Shown in pieces: positions 15,672 through 26,311 of a DNA stretch of 64,000 bases; position 1 is the first letter of the stretch; each line of letters opens with the position of its first letter. The position numbers were made by a program, and so were the translations under genes. Origin of the DNA: an uncultured Clostridia bacterium (lineage in GTDB: Bacteria; Bacillota; Clostridia; Christensenellales; Borkfalkiaceae); assembly GCA_937912025.1 (NCBI GenBank), contig CALDOZ010000010.1, positions 4,710 through 68,709 of the forward strand. Direction: 5' to 3'. The notes under the pieces were generated by a model. It was not told the DNA's origin, ran no database searches, and saw nothing but the letters and a program-made list of their open reading frames with translations.

Positions 15672-16733
15672 ATGTTTATATTCTCATTAGTAGCGCTTTT
15701 AGCATGGAGTGGTTCTGACTTGTTTTCAAAAATGGGCACTTTAGAAAACGATAAAAATAGCCATTGGAAAGTAGTTTTCGCGGTTGGTTTTATCATGGGT
15801 ATTCACTTTTTAATTACTTTAATAGGTGGAGCAATTATTGATAGCACCGTAGGAATAGACAACGTTCCTGATTTTGTAGGTAGTTTATTTTATACAGACT
15901 TTCAGCTTTCTGATTTTCTAATTTACTTGCCAGTTGCAGCGCTTTATATACTTGCAATGGTGTTTGGTTATATTGGTTTAAGATATATTGAACTTTCAAT
16001 CTCTTCACCAATTTGTAACTGTTCAGGTTCACTTGCTCTTTTAATTTGCGCAATTATTTGGTGGGGCGACTTAACTTTAGATATCGGTTCTATTATAGGT
16101 GTTATTTTAATTACAATAGGTATAGTAACGTTAGGTTTTGTTGAAAATGGTGAAGACGACGAATTAAAAGTTTTAAGAAGACAAGAAAGCAATAAAAAAT
16201 ACGTTAAAACAATTTGGGCTTTACTTTTACCTATAATTTATTTAGTTATCGATGCGTTAGGAACGGTTGGCGACGAACTTTTATTTTCAATACATAGATG
16301 TTTAGATTGTGGCGAACTTTTCTGGATACACGACGTTTGCGGTAATTGTGGACTTCCTCATACTGAAGATATGTTAGACGCTACCGGCATTATTACCGAT
16401 TATGCTTCAAATTCAGCATTTGAACTTACTTTCTTTTTACTTGCCGTATTTGCGTTTATATGGGTTAAATTTGTTAAAAAAGATACGTTATTTGATAAGC
16501 AAAACAAATTTTTATACCTTGGTGGTTTTTGTGAAACGATAGGTCAAATATTCTATATGGCAGTTATGTTTGGCGATTATAGCGTTGGTATGGTTATAAT
16601 TTCAGCGTACTGTGTACTTTCGCTTTTATGGAGTAGATTAGTTATTAAAGAAAAATTATCTTTAAAACATTACGCAACTATTTCTGTGACCATAATTGGT
16701 ATAATATTACTTGGAATTTTTAGTCCTGTTTAA
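15672..16733 (+). CDS. EamA/DMT-like multi-pass membrane protein with an inserted CxxC-x14-CxxC loop
   Basis: I prefer the ATG at 15672 (GGAGG SD at 15659-15663) over the TTG at 15657. About 10 hydrophobic segments. A Cys4 insert lies at nt 16299-16349. Confidence 0.6.
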   Translation: MFIFSLVALLAWSGSDLFSKMGTLENDKNSHWKVVFAVGFIMGIHFLITLIGGAIIDSTVGIDNVPDFVGSLFYTDFQLSDFLIYLPVAALYILAMVFGYIGLRYIELSISSPICNCSGSLALLICAIIWWGDLTLDIGSIIGVILITIGIVTLGFVENGEDDELKVLRRQESNKKYVKTIWALLLPIIYLVIDALGTVGDELLFSIHRCLDCGELFWIHDVCGNCGLPHTEDMLDATGIITDYASNSAFELTFFLLAVFAFIWVKFVKKDTLFDKQNKFLYLGGFCETIGQIFYMAVMFGDYSVGMVIISAYCVLSLLWSRLVIKEKLSLKHYATISVTIIGIILLGIFSPV

Positions 16734-16744
16734 AAGGAGATTAT

Positions 16745-17707
16745 ATGAAAATAACTGTACTTGGTTGTGGTAGATGGGGTAGTTTTATTACTTGGTATTT
16801 ATCTTCAAACGGTCATAACGTTACTGAGTGGGGACGTGAAGGCGGAAAATCATATACCGTATTAAAACAAACTGGTAAAAACGAATACGTTACTTTAGAT
16901 AAAAACGTCACTCTTACGTCTGATTTACAAAGCGCAGTTAGTAACTCTGAACTTATTGTCGTATCAGTTTTGAGTCAATCGCTTAGATCGGTTTTAACTG
17001 AGTTAGTTAAATATAAAAGTAAAAACGTCCCCGTATTATTATGTATGAAAGGTCTTGAAGAAAATACGGGTAAAAGACTATCGCAAATAGCCGTTGAGTG
17101 CGGAATTGATAAAAATTACGTTGCCGTGTGGTTAGGTCCTGGTCATATTCAAGAATTTTTAAAAGGTAGACCTAATTGCATGGTTATTGATAGTGAAAAT
17201 TATGACCTTACCGTAAAACTTGCCGACGCTTTAAGAAGCGATTTAATACGTTTTTATTATGGTGACGATCTTATCGGTAACGAAATAGGCGCTGCCGCTA
17301 AAAACGTTATGGGTATTGCCGCTGGTATGCTTGACGGTGGTGGTTATACTTCGCTTAAAGGCTCGTTAATGGCTCGTGGAGCAAGGGAAATTTCGCGTTT
17401 AATTAAAAAAATGGGCGGAAACGAACTTTCCGCTTACGGTTTATGTCATTTAGGTGATTATGAAACGACGTTATTTTCAGACTACTCGCATAATAGAAAT
17501 TACGGCATTTCACTTATTAAGAACGACACGTTTATAAAAACTGCCGAAGGCGTTCAAACTTGTAAAGCGCTTAAACTTTTAGGCGAGAAATACGGGGAAG
17601 AATTGCCCATTGTAAATGCCGTTTATTCTATAATTTATCAAAATAAAAACCCGCGTGAAATGTTTAATTTATTGTTTTCAAGAAGTTCACGCAAAGAATT
17701 TTCATAA
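16745..17707 (+). CDS. gpsA: NAD(P)H-dependent glycerol-3-phosphate dehydrogenase
   Basis: KITVLGCGRWGS Rossmann start and NEIGAAAKNVMGIAAGM motif. 320 aa. AAGGAG SD. Confidence 0.85.
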   Translation: MKITVLGCGRWGSFITWYLSSNGHNVTEWGREGGKSYTVLKQTGKNEYVTLDKNVTLTSDLQSAVSNSELIVVSVLSQSLRSVLTELVKYKSKNVPVLLCMKGLEENTGKRLSQIAVECGIDKNYVAVWLGPGHIQEFLKGRPNCMVIDSENYDLTVKLADALRSDLIRFYYGDDLIGNEIGAAAKNVMGIAAGMLDGGGYTSLKGSLMARGAREISRLIKKMGGNELSAYGLCHLGDYETTLFSDYSHNRNYGISLIKNDTFIKTAEGVQTCKALKLLGEKYGEELPIVNAVYSIIYQNKNPREMFNLLFSRSSRKEFS

Positions 17708-17711
17708 AAGC

Positions 17712-17746
17712 AAAAAATCGCGTAACTTGCTGGTTACGCGATTTTA
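17712..17746. terminator. Bidirectional terminator between gpsA and nagB
   Basis: 13-bp stem AAAATCGCGTAAC (17714-17726) with GTTACGCGATTTT (17733-17745). Confidence 0.85.
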
Positions 17747-17764
17747 AATTTTATTATAATTAAA

Positions 17765-18493
17765 TTATTTTGAAAGTTTTGATGCAGCCGCTTTATCAAT
17801 AACGATATAGCAGTTAGGGTGAAGTTGAAGTACCGATGCTGGAACTTTTTCTGTTACAGGACCTTCAACGGTTGCTTTTATGGCGTCTGCTTTATTAGCG
17901 CCTGAAGCAATTAATAAAATTGCTTTAGAGTTCATAACGTTTTTAATACCCATTGAAATTGCTTGAGTTGGAACTTCGTCAATACTATTAAAGAAACGAG
18001 CGTTATCTTTAATTGTGTTTTCAGTAAGGTCAACAACGTGAGTAACCGAGCCAAACGGAGTGTTTGGTTCGTTAAAACCGATATGACCGTTAGAGCCTAT
18101 ACCAAGAACTTGAATATCAACTGATAAACCAGCAAGTTTAGCATTGTATCTATTACATTCAGCAACTATATCGTCACATTTACCGCAAGGAAGGTCAGTG
18201 TTGTTAAGGTCGATATCAATGTGATTAAATAAATTATTTCTCATAAATTCAACGTAACTTTGTTCATCGCCAACGCCTTGACCAATATATTCGTCAAGGT
18301 TAACCGATTTAACGTTTTTATAAGAAACGTTACCTTTTTTATAATCTTCAATCATACATTTGTATAGACCAATAGGGGTAGAACCTGTTGCTAAACCTAA
18401 AATAGCATCGTTTTTTGAAGTTACAACTTCTTTCATTACTTCATAAGCTTTTGCGCTCATTTCGTCGTAATTTTCAGCAATAATAATTTTCAT
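17765..18493 (-). CDS. nagB: Glucosamine-6-phosphate deaminase
   Basis: MKIIIAENYDEMS..., LGLATGSTP, LGIGSNGHIGFNEP. 242 aa. Confidence 0.92.
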   Translation of the reverse strand: MKIIIAENYDEMSAKAYEVMKEVVTSKNDAILGLATGSTPIGLYKCMIEDYKKGNVSYKNVKSVNLDEYIGQGVGDEQSYVEFMRNNLFNHIDIDLNNTDLPCGKCDDIVAECNRYNAKLAGLSVDIQVLGIGSNGHIGFNEPNTPFGSVTHVVDLTENTIKDNARFFNSIDEVPTQAISMGIKNVMNSKAILLIASGANKADAIKATVEGPVTEKVPASVLQLHPNCYIVIDKAAASKLSK

Positions 18494-18524
18494 AATACAC
18501 CTCGTAATTCATTAATAAAGTTGC

Positions 18525-18581
18525 AAGCACAAACGTGCTTAAATCTTTTTTTATTATAAACCTTAAATTTTTTAAAGTCAA
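18525..18581 (-). promoter_or_regulatory. nagB promoter plus leader palindrome
   Basis: On the minus strand: TTGACT (18576-18581), 17-nt spacer, TATAAT (18553-18558). Palindrome AAGCAC-N4-GTGCTT at 18525-18540, downstream of the -10. Confidence 0.55.
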
Positions 18582-18586
18582 TAGAG

Positions 18587-19258
18587 TTAATCGTTTAAAT
18601 TCCAGTTTATTTGTTCTTTATTTAATTTTTTTAATATGTCGTTTGTTTTAGAAAACGGTTTAGAGCCCCAAAAACCGTTATAACACGATAATGGAGAAGG
18701 GTGCGCGCTTTCTATTATATAATGGCGCGACGTGTCAATAAGTTTCTTTTTAGCCCTAGCGTTACCACCCCAAAGTATAAACACGATAGGTTCTTTTCTA
18801 TCTGATAAAATTTTAATAACTTCGTCGGTAAACCATTGCCAACCGCAGTCTTTATGGCTGTTTGCTTGACCTTGACGAACGGTTAACGTCGTGTTTAATA
18901 GTAAAACGCCTTCTTTAGCCCACTTTATAAGTTCGCCCGATTTTGGCTCAGGTATATTCAAGTCGCTATTTAATTCTTTAAAAATATTTTTAAGAGAAGG
19001 TGGAAATTTAACTCCGCTTGGTACGGAAAAAGAAAGCCCCTCCGCTTGACCTTCTTCGTGATATGGGTCTTGACCTAAAATAACCGCTTTAACGTCGTTA
19101 TAGTCAGTTTCCTTAAAACATCTAAAAATGTTATACATATTAGGATAAATCGTTCTACAAGAGTATTCTGCTTTTAAAAACTCACGGATTTTAAGATATT
19201 TTTCGTCGCTAAATAAAGGGGCTAACAAATCGTCCCAACAATTATCAAATTTAACCAT
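18587..19258 (-). CDS. ung: Uracil-DNA glycosylase
   Basis: VILGQDPYH catalytic motif, LLLNTTLTV, and ESAHPSPLS. 223 aa. Confidence 0.92.
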   Translation of the reverse strand: MVKFDNCWDDLLAPLFSDEKYLKIREFLKAEYSCRTIYPNMYNIFRCFKETDYNDVKAVILGQDPYHEEGQAEGLSFSVPSGVKFPPSLKNIFKELNSDLNIPEPKSGELIKWAKEGVLLLNTTLTVRQGQANSHKDCGWQWFTDEVIKILSDRKEPIVFILWGGNARAKKKLIDTSRHYIIESAHPSPLSCYNGFWGSKPFSKTNDILKKLNKEQINWNLND

Positions 19259-19520
19259 AAATCACCTCAATAGATATTTTAACACGAATTTAATATAAAT
19301 GCAACGCCAATTTTTAACCTATAAAAGTGAAAATAAAATAAAATTTTTTTAACGTTTAAATTTTAGATTTTTGGTAAATATATTATATATATTTAGAAAT
19401 TTGCTCCTATCTTTATATATAATATATAGAAAAGAAAGTTTTAAAAAACTGTTTACTTTTTTTATTTATTGAGTTAAAATAAACAAGTGCAAAAATTATT
19501 TACTAACGTAGGAGGAAGTT

Positions 19521-21041
19521 ATGCTTGCAAAAGTTAAAAGTTTTGCTTTATATGGTTTAGACGGTTTTTTAGTTGACGTTGAATGTGACGTTGCTAACGG
19601 TATGCCGTCGTTTGAAATCGTAGGACTTCCCGATACCGCGGTTAAAGAAGCAAAAGAGCGTGTGCGCTCGGCAATTAAAAATAGCGGTAAAAAATTTCCT
19701 ACTACAAAACTAACTATTAACCTTGCCCCTGCCGACGTTAAAAAGGGTGGCGCGTATTTTGATTTAGCCATTGCCGTTGGAATTTTAAAAGCGTCGTCAG
19801 GTGAAATATCAAACGATATATCAAGTTACGTTATACTTGGCGAACTATCGCTTGACGGAACGCTTAGAGAAGTAAAGGGAATACTTCCTATGTTAATTTC
19901 GGCAAAGTCGCTTGGTTTTACTAACTTTATAATACCGTCTGCAAATAAAAAAGAAGCAAGTTTTATTGGCGGTATAAAAATTTACGCGCTTGATAACTTA
20001 AAAGATACCGTTGACTTATTGGCAGGAATAAAAGAATTTAAAGAAGTTGATACGTCAAGTTACGTTAGCGGTCAAGCAAGTAACGTTTACGATACGGATA
20101 TGTCGCTCGTTAAAGGTCAAAGTTTTGCAAAACGCGCGCTAGAAGTTGCCGTTGCCGGTGGACATAATATGCTAATGATGGGCCCTCCCGGTTCTGGTAA
20201 AACTATGCTTGCTAAATGCATTCCTACCATTATGCCCGATATGAGTTTTGACGAAGCGCTTGAAACAACTAAAATTCATAGCGTTGCAGGACTTATTGGT
20301 AAAGAAGAAGGTATTGTTTATCGCCGTCCGTTTATGACTCCGCACCATACCGCGTCAAGCGTATCTATTATAGGTGGCGGACCAAACGCAACTCCCGGTA
20401 TTATTAGTCTTGCAAATAACGGCGTATTGTTTTTAGATGAAATGCCTGAATATCCGCGCTCGGTGTTAGAATGTTTACGTCAACCTCTTGAAGATAGGGT
20501 TGTTACCGTTTCAAGAGCGCGCGTATCGGTAGAATATCCTGCAAACTTTATTTTATGTGGAAGTATGAATCCTTGTCCTTGTGGAAATTACGGCTCTAAA
20601 GATAAAGAGTGTAAGTGTTCGGCAAGTTCAATTTCAAAATATCGCGCTAAAATTTCAGGGCCTTTACTTGATAGAATAGACCTTCAAATAAACGTTGATA
20701 GCGTAAGTTATACCGACCTTGTGTCAAACGGCGAGGAAGAAACTAGCGAAGTTGTAAGAGAGCGCGTTAATTGGGCGCGTAAAATTCAACGCGAACGTTT
20801 TAAGGATGAGAAAATTAATACCAACTCTGAAATGGGCGAAAAACACATTAAAAAATATTGTAAGTTGTCGCCTGAGTGTGAAGAGATATTAAAAACTTCG
20901 TTTATTTCCTTAGGACTTTCGGCAAGAGCGCGTAGTAGAATTATAAAGGTAGCAAGAACTATTGCAGACCTTGATTTTTCAGATAATATATCAGAAAAGC
21001 ATTTACTTGAAGCAATAGGATATAGAAGTAACGAGGTTTAG
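19521..21041 (+). CDS. comM: YifB/ComM family Mg-chelatase-like AAA+ ATPase
   Basis: N-terminal Lon-like domain, Walker A GPPGSGKTMLA, and GVLFLDEMPE. 506 aa. AGGAGG SD. Confidence 0.92.
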   Translation: MLAKVKSFALYGLDGFLVDVECDVANGMPSFEIVGLPDTAVKEAKERVRSAIKNSGKKFPTTKLTINLAPADVKKGGAYFDLAIAVGILKASSGEISNDISSYVILGELSLDGTLREVKGILPMLISAKSLGFTNFIIPSANKKEASFIGGIKIYALDNLKDTVDLLAGIKEFKEVDTSSYVSGQASNVYDTDMSLVKGQSFAKRALEVAVAGGHNMLMMGPPGSGKTMLAKCIPTIMPDMSFDEALETTKIHSVAGLIGKEEGIVYRRPFMTPHHTASSVSIIGGGPNATPGIISLANNGVLFLDEMPEYPRSVLECLRQPLEDRVVTVSRARVSVEYPANFILCGSMNPCPCGNYGSKDKECKCSASSISKYRAKISGPLLDRIDLQINVDSVSYTDLVSNGEEETSEVVRERVNWARKIQRERFKDEKINTNSEMGEKHIKKYCKLSPECEEILKTSFISLGLSARARSRIIKVARTIADLDFSDNISEKHLLEAIGYRSNEV

Positions 21042-21042
21042 T

Positions 21043-22119
21043 ATGAAAAATAATGAACTTGCTTTAATATTTTTAGATGGACTACTAAATCTTGATTATA
21101 AACATAAAAGAGCAATAATAAATTTATACGACGACGTATCTCAAATTTTTACAAATCCCGACGAGGCGTGTTACTATTTAAAAGAAAACATTTCAACGGC
21201 GTCCGCTAATACGTTCGTTTCGGCAATTCATAATAATTTTGTTGACGTTTTAGTTAAAAAATATCAAGAAAGGGGAATAACCGTTATAACGGAAGAAAGC
21301 GAAGGTTATCCAACTGAACTTTATCCGCTTTCTTTTAGACCAATATGTTTATACGCGCTTGGTAACGTTAAACTTTTAAATTCTAATAAAAAGTTTTCAA
21401 TAGTAGGCTCAAGAAAAACTGCGCCACATATATTAAAATTAACTGAAAGTATTGCAAGCGACTTATCTAAAAATGAAATAGTTATCGTTACGGGCGTAGC
21501 AAACGGCGGAGATAAGTCGGCTATAAAAGGCGCGCTCGAAAGCGGTAATATAATTTGCGTTTTAGCGTCTGGTCATGATTTTATTAAAAGTGAAGCTAAT
21601 CGTGATATTATTGAAAAAGTAATTGCAAGCGGTTTAGTTATAAGCGAATATCCACCAGAGGTTCCGCCTAAAAACTATCATTATCCAATTAGAAATAGAA
21701 TAATCGCAGGGCTTTCTAGCGGTACTCTTATAGTAAGTGGAACGGTAACTAGCGGAGCAAGACACACCGCTGATTATGCTCTCGATTACGGCAAAGAAGT
21801 TTTTGCTTTTCCGTACGGAATAGGCGACTTAACTGGCGAACTTTGTAATAACTTAATTAAAGACGGCGCGCATTTAGTAGTCAACGTTAAAGACGTTAGC
21901 GAAGTTATGGGTTACGCGCTTAACGAGAGTAAAAAGGTGCGACTAACTAAAGAAGAAAGTGAAGTTTATAACTTAATAATTGAAGGGGTTAAATCACCCG
22001 ACCAACTATCTATTAAATTAGATAAAAAAATTTACGAAGTCGTTCCAATTTTAACAACGTTAGAACTTAAAGGCGTTGTAGTAAAAAATAATTCAAACGA
22101 GTATACTGCAATTAAGTAG
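21043..22119 (+). CDS. dprA: DNA-processing protein DprA
   Basis: IVGSRK...GVANGGD...RNRIIAGLS motifs. Conserved comM-dprA-topA synteny. Confidence 0.9.
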   Translation: MKNNELALIFLDGLLNLDYKHKRAIINLYDDVSQIFTNPDEACYYLKENISTASANTFVSAIHNNFVDVLVKKYQERGITVITEESEGYPTELYPLSFRPICLYALGNVKLLNSNKKFSIVGSRKTAPHILKLTESIASDLSKNEIVIVTGVANGGDKSAIKGALESGNIICVLASGHDFIKSEANRDIIEKVIASGLVISEYPPEVPPKNYHYPIRNRIIAGLSSGTLIVSGTVTSGARHTADYALDYGKEVFAFPYGIGDLTGELCNNLIKDGAHLVVNVKDVSEVMGYALNESKKVRLTKEESEVYNLIIEGVKSPDQLSIKLDKKIYEVVPILTTLELKGVVVKNNSNEYTAIK

Positions 22120-22146
22120 AAAATTGACTATAATATGGAGAATTAA

Positions 22147-24441
22147 ATGCAACTAATTATTGTAGAATCACCTAAAAAAGCAAAAACAATTGAGCGTTTT
22201 TTAGACGGAAAATATAAAGTTTTAGGTAGTGGTGGCCACGTTCGAGGCTTACCTGAAAAACGTTTTGGCGTAGACGTTGACGATAATTTTACACCAACTT
22301 ACGTTATAGAACCTAAACAAAAAAAACTTGTTGAAGAATTGAAAAAATATTCCGATAAAGCAGAACTTGTTTATCTTGCAACCGACCCTGATAGAGAAGG
22401 CGAAGCAATTGCTTGGCATCTTTACGAAGTTTTAGGTATAAAAGGTAAAACTCACCGTATTAAATTTAACGAAATTAGCGAAAAGGCAGTTCGCGCCGCT
22501 ATTAAAGAACCTTGTAAAATCGACTATAATTTAGTAGACAGTCAACAAGCAAGACGTATTTTAGATAGAATAGTGGGTTATAAACTTTCTCCTTTTGTTA
22601 GAACGAGAGTTAAAGACGGCGAATCTGCCGGTAGAGTTCAATCAGTTGCAGTAAGACTTGCCGTTGAACTTGAAAGAAAAATTTTAAATTTCGTTCCCGA
22701 AGAATATTGGTTTATTACCGCTAAACTTAAAGCGCCTGATAATAAATCGGAATTAAAAGTTGTTTTAAACGATAAAAACGGTAAAAAATTCCGCCCGTCA
22801 AACGAAAGTGAAGCGTTGGCGGTTGAAAACGCTTGCAAAATAAATAATTTTATTGTTAAAGACGTTAAAAAGGGCGTGTCAAAATCGCACGCGTTACCGC
22901 CGTTTACTACGTCAACAATGCAACAAGACGCGTCAAGTAAGTTAGGTCTTTCAGCGCCACAAGTAATGCAACTTGCTCAGCATTTATACGAAGGTATTGA
23001 AACTTCGCGCGGACATCTTGCGTTAGTTACTTATATTAGAACTGATAGTACTAGAATTTCTTCCGACGCGCAAAAAGAAGCGCTTAACTATATAGAAAAG
23101 AATTTTGGTAAAGAATACTGTCCTAATAAACCGAACGTGTATTCGACTAAAAAGAACGCTCAAGACGCGCACGAGGCAATTCGCCCGATAGATATTTCTA
23201 TTACGCCTGAAAGCGTTAAAGATATTCTTGATAAAAACCATTATAAACTTTATAGATTGATATACGAAAGATATCTTGCTTCTCAAATGGCTGAAGCGCA
23301 ATTTTACTCAATGCAAATCTTAGTAAATGCAGGCGAGTACGGTTTTAAAGCAAGCGGTAAAAGCGTTAAGTTTAAAGGCTATACGGCAGTTTACGATTAC
23401 GTTGCGGGTAAAACTGACGACGATATTGAAGTAAATAAACTTCTTCCAGATATGAATGCTGGCGACGAGTTGAAGTTGATTTTAACTGAAAAAAAAGGTA
23501 AAGACGGTAATCCGTCGCTTGAACAAAAATTTACCAAGCCACCCGTTCGCTATACCGACAGTACGCTTGTAAAAGCAATAGAAGAAAACGGTATTGGTAG
23601 ACCGTCGACTTACGCAACGATTATTGGAACTTTAACGAAACATAAATATATCGTTAGAGAAGGTAAGTATTTGAAGCCAACTCAAATTGCCTTTGACGCA
23701 ACCGACTTACTCGTTAAATATTTTTCAGACGTTATGGACGTTGGTTTTACTGCTAAAATGGAAGATAAACTCGACTACGTTGCCGAAGGTAACGAAGATT
23801 GGAGAACTACCGTTGCCGATTTTTATAAGCCGTTTATGGCTGAACTTAAAATTGCAATGAGCGATAACGGTGAACCTACCGATATTCCTTGCGATTATTG
23901 CGGTACTTTACTTATGAAAAAGCAAGGTAGATTTGGTGAGTTTTTAATTTGTCCTGAATGCAAAAAGACAAAAAACCCTAACGATAAAGTATCTAAAATT
24001 AAATGTCCTAATTGCGATGATTTTATGATAGAAAAAGACGGTAAGTTTGGTAAGTATTTATCGTGTGAAAAGTGCGGAATTAAAATGCAAGAAGGCGACA
24101 CAATCGCAAAAGAGCGTTGCTCGTGCGGTTCGGTAATGATTGTAAAAACTGGTAAGTTTGGTAAGTATTGTAAATGTGCTAGTTGTAACGCAACAAAAAG
24201 CATCTCGGAACTTGTAGGAGTTTGTCCTATTTGCCATAAACCAGCGCAAAAAATGTTATCTAAAAAAGGTACGGTATATTACGGTTGTTCTGGATATCCA
24301 AGTTGTAATTTTAGAAGTTGGGACGTTCCAACGGGTGAAATGTGTCCAACGTGCGGAAATTATCTCATTGAAAAAGACGGAAAAATTAAGTGTTCAGATA
24401 AAAAATGTAATTATACGGTAGAACTTAAGGAGAATAAGTAA
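22147..24441 (+). CDS. topA: DNA topoisomerase I with five C-terminal zinc ribbons
   Basis: TOPRIM start [25 protein letters not shown], and catalytic-Tyr region THLYEG...YIRTDS. Five CxxC...CxxC modules lie between nt 23890 and 24420. Confidence 0.95.
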   Translation: MQLIIVESPKKAKTIERFLDGKYKVLGSGGHVRGLPEKRFGVDVDDNFTPTYVIEPKQKKLVEELKKYSDKAELVYLATDPDREGEAIAWHLYEVLGIKGKTHRIKFNEISEKAVRAAIKEPCKIDYNLVDSQQARRILDRIVGYKLSPFVRTRVKDGESAGRVQSVAVRLAVELERKILNFVPEEYWFITAKLKAPDNKSELKVVLNDKNGKKFRPSNESEALAVENACKINNFIVKDVKKGVSKSHALPPFTTSTMQQDASSKLGLSAPQVMQLAQHLYEGIETSRGHLALVTYIRTDSTRISSDAQKEALNYIEKNFGKEYCPNKPNVYSTKKNAQDAHEAIRPIDISITPESVKDILDKNHYKLYRLIYERYLASQMAEAQFYSMQILVNAGEYGFKASGKSVKFKGYTAVYDYVAGKTDDDIEVNKLLPDMNAGDELKLILTEKKGKDGNPSLEQKFTKPPVRYTDSTLVKAIEENGIGRPSTYATIIGTLTKHKYIVREGKYLKPTQIAFDATDLLVKYFSDVMDVGFTAKMEDKLDYVAEGNEDWRTTVADFYKPFMAELKIAMSDNGEPTDIPCDYCGTLLMKKQGRFGEFLICPECKKTKNPNDKVSKIKCPNCDDFMIEKDGKFGKYLSCEKCGIKMQEGDTIAKERCSCGSVMIVKTGKFGKYCKCASCNATKSISELVGVCPICHKPAQKMLSKKGTVYYGCSGYPSCNFRSWDVPTGEMCPTCGNYLIEKDGKIKCSDKKCNYTVELKENK

Positions 24442-24442
24442 T

Positions 24443-24982
24443 ATGAATATGGAATTTCGTGGTACTACTATTTGCGCCGTTAAGAAAAACGGTATGACGG
24501 CAATTGCCGGTGACGGTCAAGTAACTTTCGGTCAAAACGTAGTATTTAAAAATAACGCGGTAAAAGTTAGAAGAATTTACGGTGGAAACGTAGTAGTAGG
24601 ATTTGCAGGCTCAGTTGCCGATGCGTTTTCTCTCACTGAAAGATTTGAAGAAATGCTCAATAAATTTTCAGGCAATTTAATGCGTAGCGCTGTTTCTCTT
24701 GCTGAACTTTGGCGTGAAGATAAAGTTGGTAGAAAACTTGAAGCAATGATGATTTGCGCCGATAAAGATACTTTACTTATCGTATCAGGTAGCGGTGAAG
24801 TTATAGAGCCGGACGGTGGGGTATGCGCTATTGGTAGCGGTGGAAATTACGCGCTTGCCGCAGGTCTTGCGCTTTACAACGAAACTGATTATGAAGCCGA
24901 CGTTATCGCTCAAAAAGCATTAAAAATAGCAAGTAGCATTTGCATTTTTACTAACGACAATATTATCGTTGAAAAAGTTTAA
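24443..24982 (+). CDS. hslV: ATP-dependent protease subunit HslV (ClpQ)
   Basis: A short propeptide, then TTICAV...GDGQVTFG. 179 aa. Confidence 0.92.
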   Translation: MNMEFRGTTICAVKKNGMTAIAGDGQVTFGQNVVFKNNAVKVRRIYGGNVVVGFAGSVADAFSLTERFEEMLNKFSGNLMRSAVSLAELWREDKVGRKLEAMMICADKDTLLIVSGSGEVIEPDGGVCAIGSGGNYALAAGLALYNETDYEADVIAQKALKIASSICIFTNDNIIVEKV

Positions 24983-24994
24983 GGGGGAACTAAT

Positions 24995-26302
24995 ATGAAT
25001 TTATCTCCAAGAGAAATTGTTCAAGAACTTGATAAGTTTATTATAGGTCAAAATCCTGCTAAACGCGCGGTAGCAATTGCGCTTCGTAATAGGTATAGAA
25101 GAAGTCAATTATCTCCAGCGTTAAGAGAAGAAATTACGCCTAAAAATATTATAATGAAAGGTCCAACAGGCGTTGGTAAAACTGAAATTGCCCGTAGACT
25201 TGCAAAACTCGTTGGCGCTCCGTTTGTAAAAGTTGAAGCGACTAAATATACTGAAGTCGGATACGTTGGTAGAGACGTAGAGTCAATGATTCGCGACCTT
25301 GTTGAGTGTAGCGTTAGACTTGTTAAAGACGAGCAAATGAAAATTGTTGAAGCAAAAGCAACGGCAATAGCGGAAAAGAAAGTCGTTAAACTTTTAGTAG
25401 ACGCTAAAATTAACGAAAAGGGTGAAACTCCACAAGAAGTTTTCGAACGTCAAATTTTAGACGATTATAGAGAAGGCAAACTTAACAAAACGTTAATTGA
25501 AATGCAAGTTGTTGACAAACCTAAACAACTTGATATTATGGCGGGCGTAGGTGCTGAAATTAATCTCGGCTCTATTTTTGGCGATATTATGCCTAAAAAG
25601 ACAAAAAAGAGAAAAGTTACCGTTGAAGAAGCAACTAAAATTATAATTGCTGAAGAAAGCGATAAACTTATCGACGTTGAAGCGGTTAACACTGAAGGCG
25701 TGCGTAGAGCAGAGCAAGAAGGTATTATTTTTATCGACGAAATTGATAAAATTGCTTCAAAAGCAAATAAGGGCGGAGCGGACGTTTCAAGAGAAGGCGT
25801 TCAGCGTGATATACTTCCAATCGTTGAAGGTAGCACGGTTATGACAAAATACGGACCTATTAAAACGGATTATATTTTATTTATCGCGGCAGGAGCATTC
25901 CACGTTTCTAAGGTTGAAGATTTAATACCTGAACTTCAAGGTCGTTTTCCAATTAAAGTTGAACTTTCAAGTTTAACTAAAGATGATTTTATTAAAATTC
26001 TTACAATGCCACAAAACGCAATTACGCTTCAGTATAAAACGTTATTGCTCGTTGATAATATCGACTTGAAATTTACAAGCGAAGCAATTGAGTATATTGC
26101 TGAAGTTGCCGTTGAAATGAATTTAACAAGCGAAGATATCGGCGCAAGACGTCTTCATACCGTTATGGAAAATTTACTTGAAGATATTTCCTTTAACGCA
26201 GGCGGAGATATTCCTTTAACAACGGTTACTGTTGACGAAAAATACGTTCGTGAACATTTAAATTCAGATAGTCAACGCAATCTCAAAAAATATATACTTT
26301 AA
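24995..26302 (+). CDS. hslU: ATP-dependent protease ATPase subunit HslU (ClpY)
   Basis: LSPREIVQELDKFIIGQ, Walker A GPTGVGKTEIARRLA, and GIIFIDEIDKI. 435 aa. Confidence 0.93.
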   Translation: MNLSPREIVQELDKFIIGQNPAKRAVAIALRNRYRRSQLSPALREEITPKNIIMKGPTGVGKTEIARRLAKLVGAPFVKVEATKYTEVGYVGRDVESMIRDLVECSVRLVKDEQMKIVEAKATAIAEKKVVKLLVDAKINEKGETPQEVFERQILDDYREGKLNKTLIEMQVVDKPKQLDIMAGVGAEINLGSIFGDIMPKKTKKRKVTVEEATKIIIAEESDKLIDVEAVNTEGVRRAEQEGIIFIDEIDKIASKANKGGADVSREGVQRDILPIVEGSTVMTKYGPIKTDYILFIAAGAFHVSKVEDLIPELQGRFPIKVELSSLTKDDFIKILTMPQNAITLQYKTLLLVDNIDLKFTSEAIEYIAEVAVEMNLTSEDIGARRLHTVMENLLEDISFNAGGDIPLTTVTVDEKYVREHLNSDSQRNLKKYIL

Positions 26303-26311
26303 GGTGAAACT

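Noticed and set aside
19496-19771. 91-aa minus-strand ORF overlapping the comM start. Many other 60-100-aa ORFs in the track lie opposite or out of frame within annotated genes, for example 1323-1631, 2011-2298, 3651-3902, 7002-7256, 23023-23301, 23895-24203, 39004-39279 and 57591-57881.
   Set aside because: Each is fully embedded in a longer ORF with clear family motifs and proper SD/start context. None has its own SD or a recognisable motif.
23880-24420. DNA-level repeats in the 3-prime third of topA, for example GGTAAGTTTGGTAAGTAT at about 24043 and 24151. They could look like a repeat array.
   Set aside because: They are in frame and encode the repeated G-K-F-G-K-Y cores of consecutive zinc-ribbon modules of topoisomerase I. 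This is protein-domain repetition, not a CRISPR or non-coding repeat.
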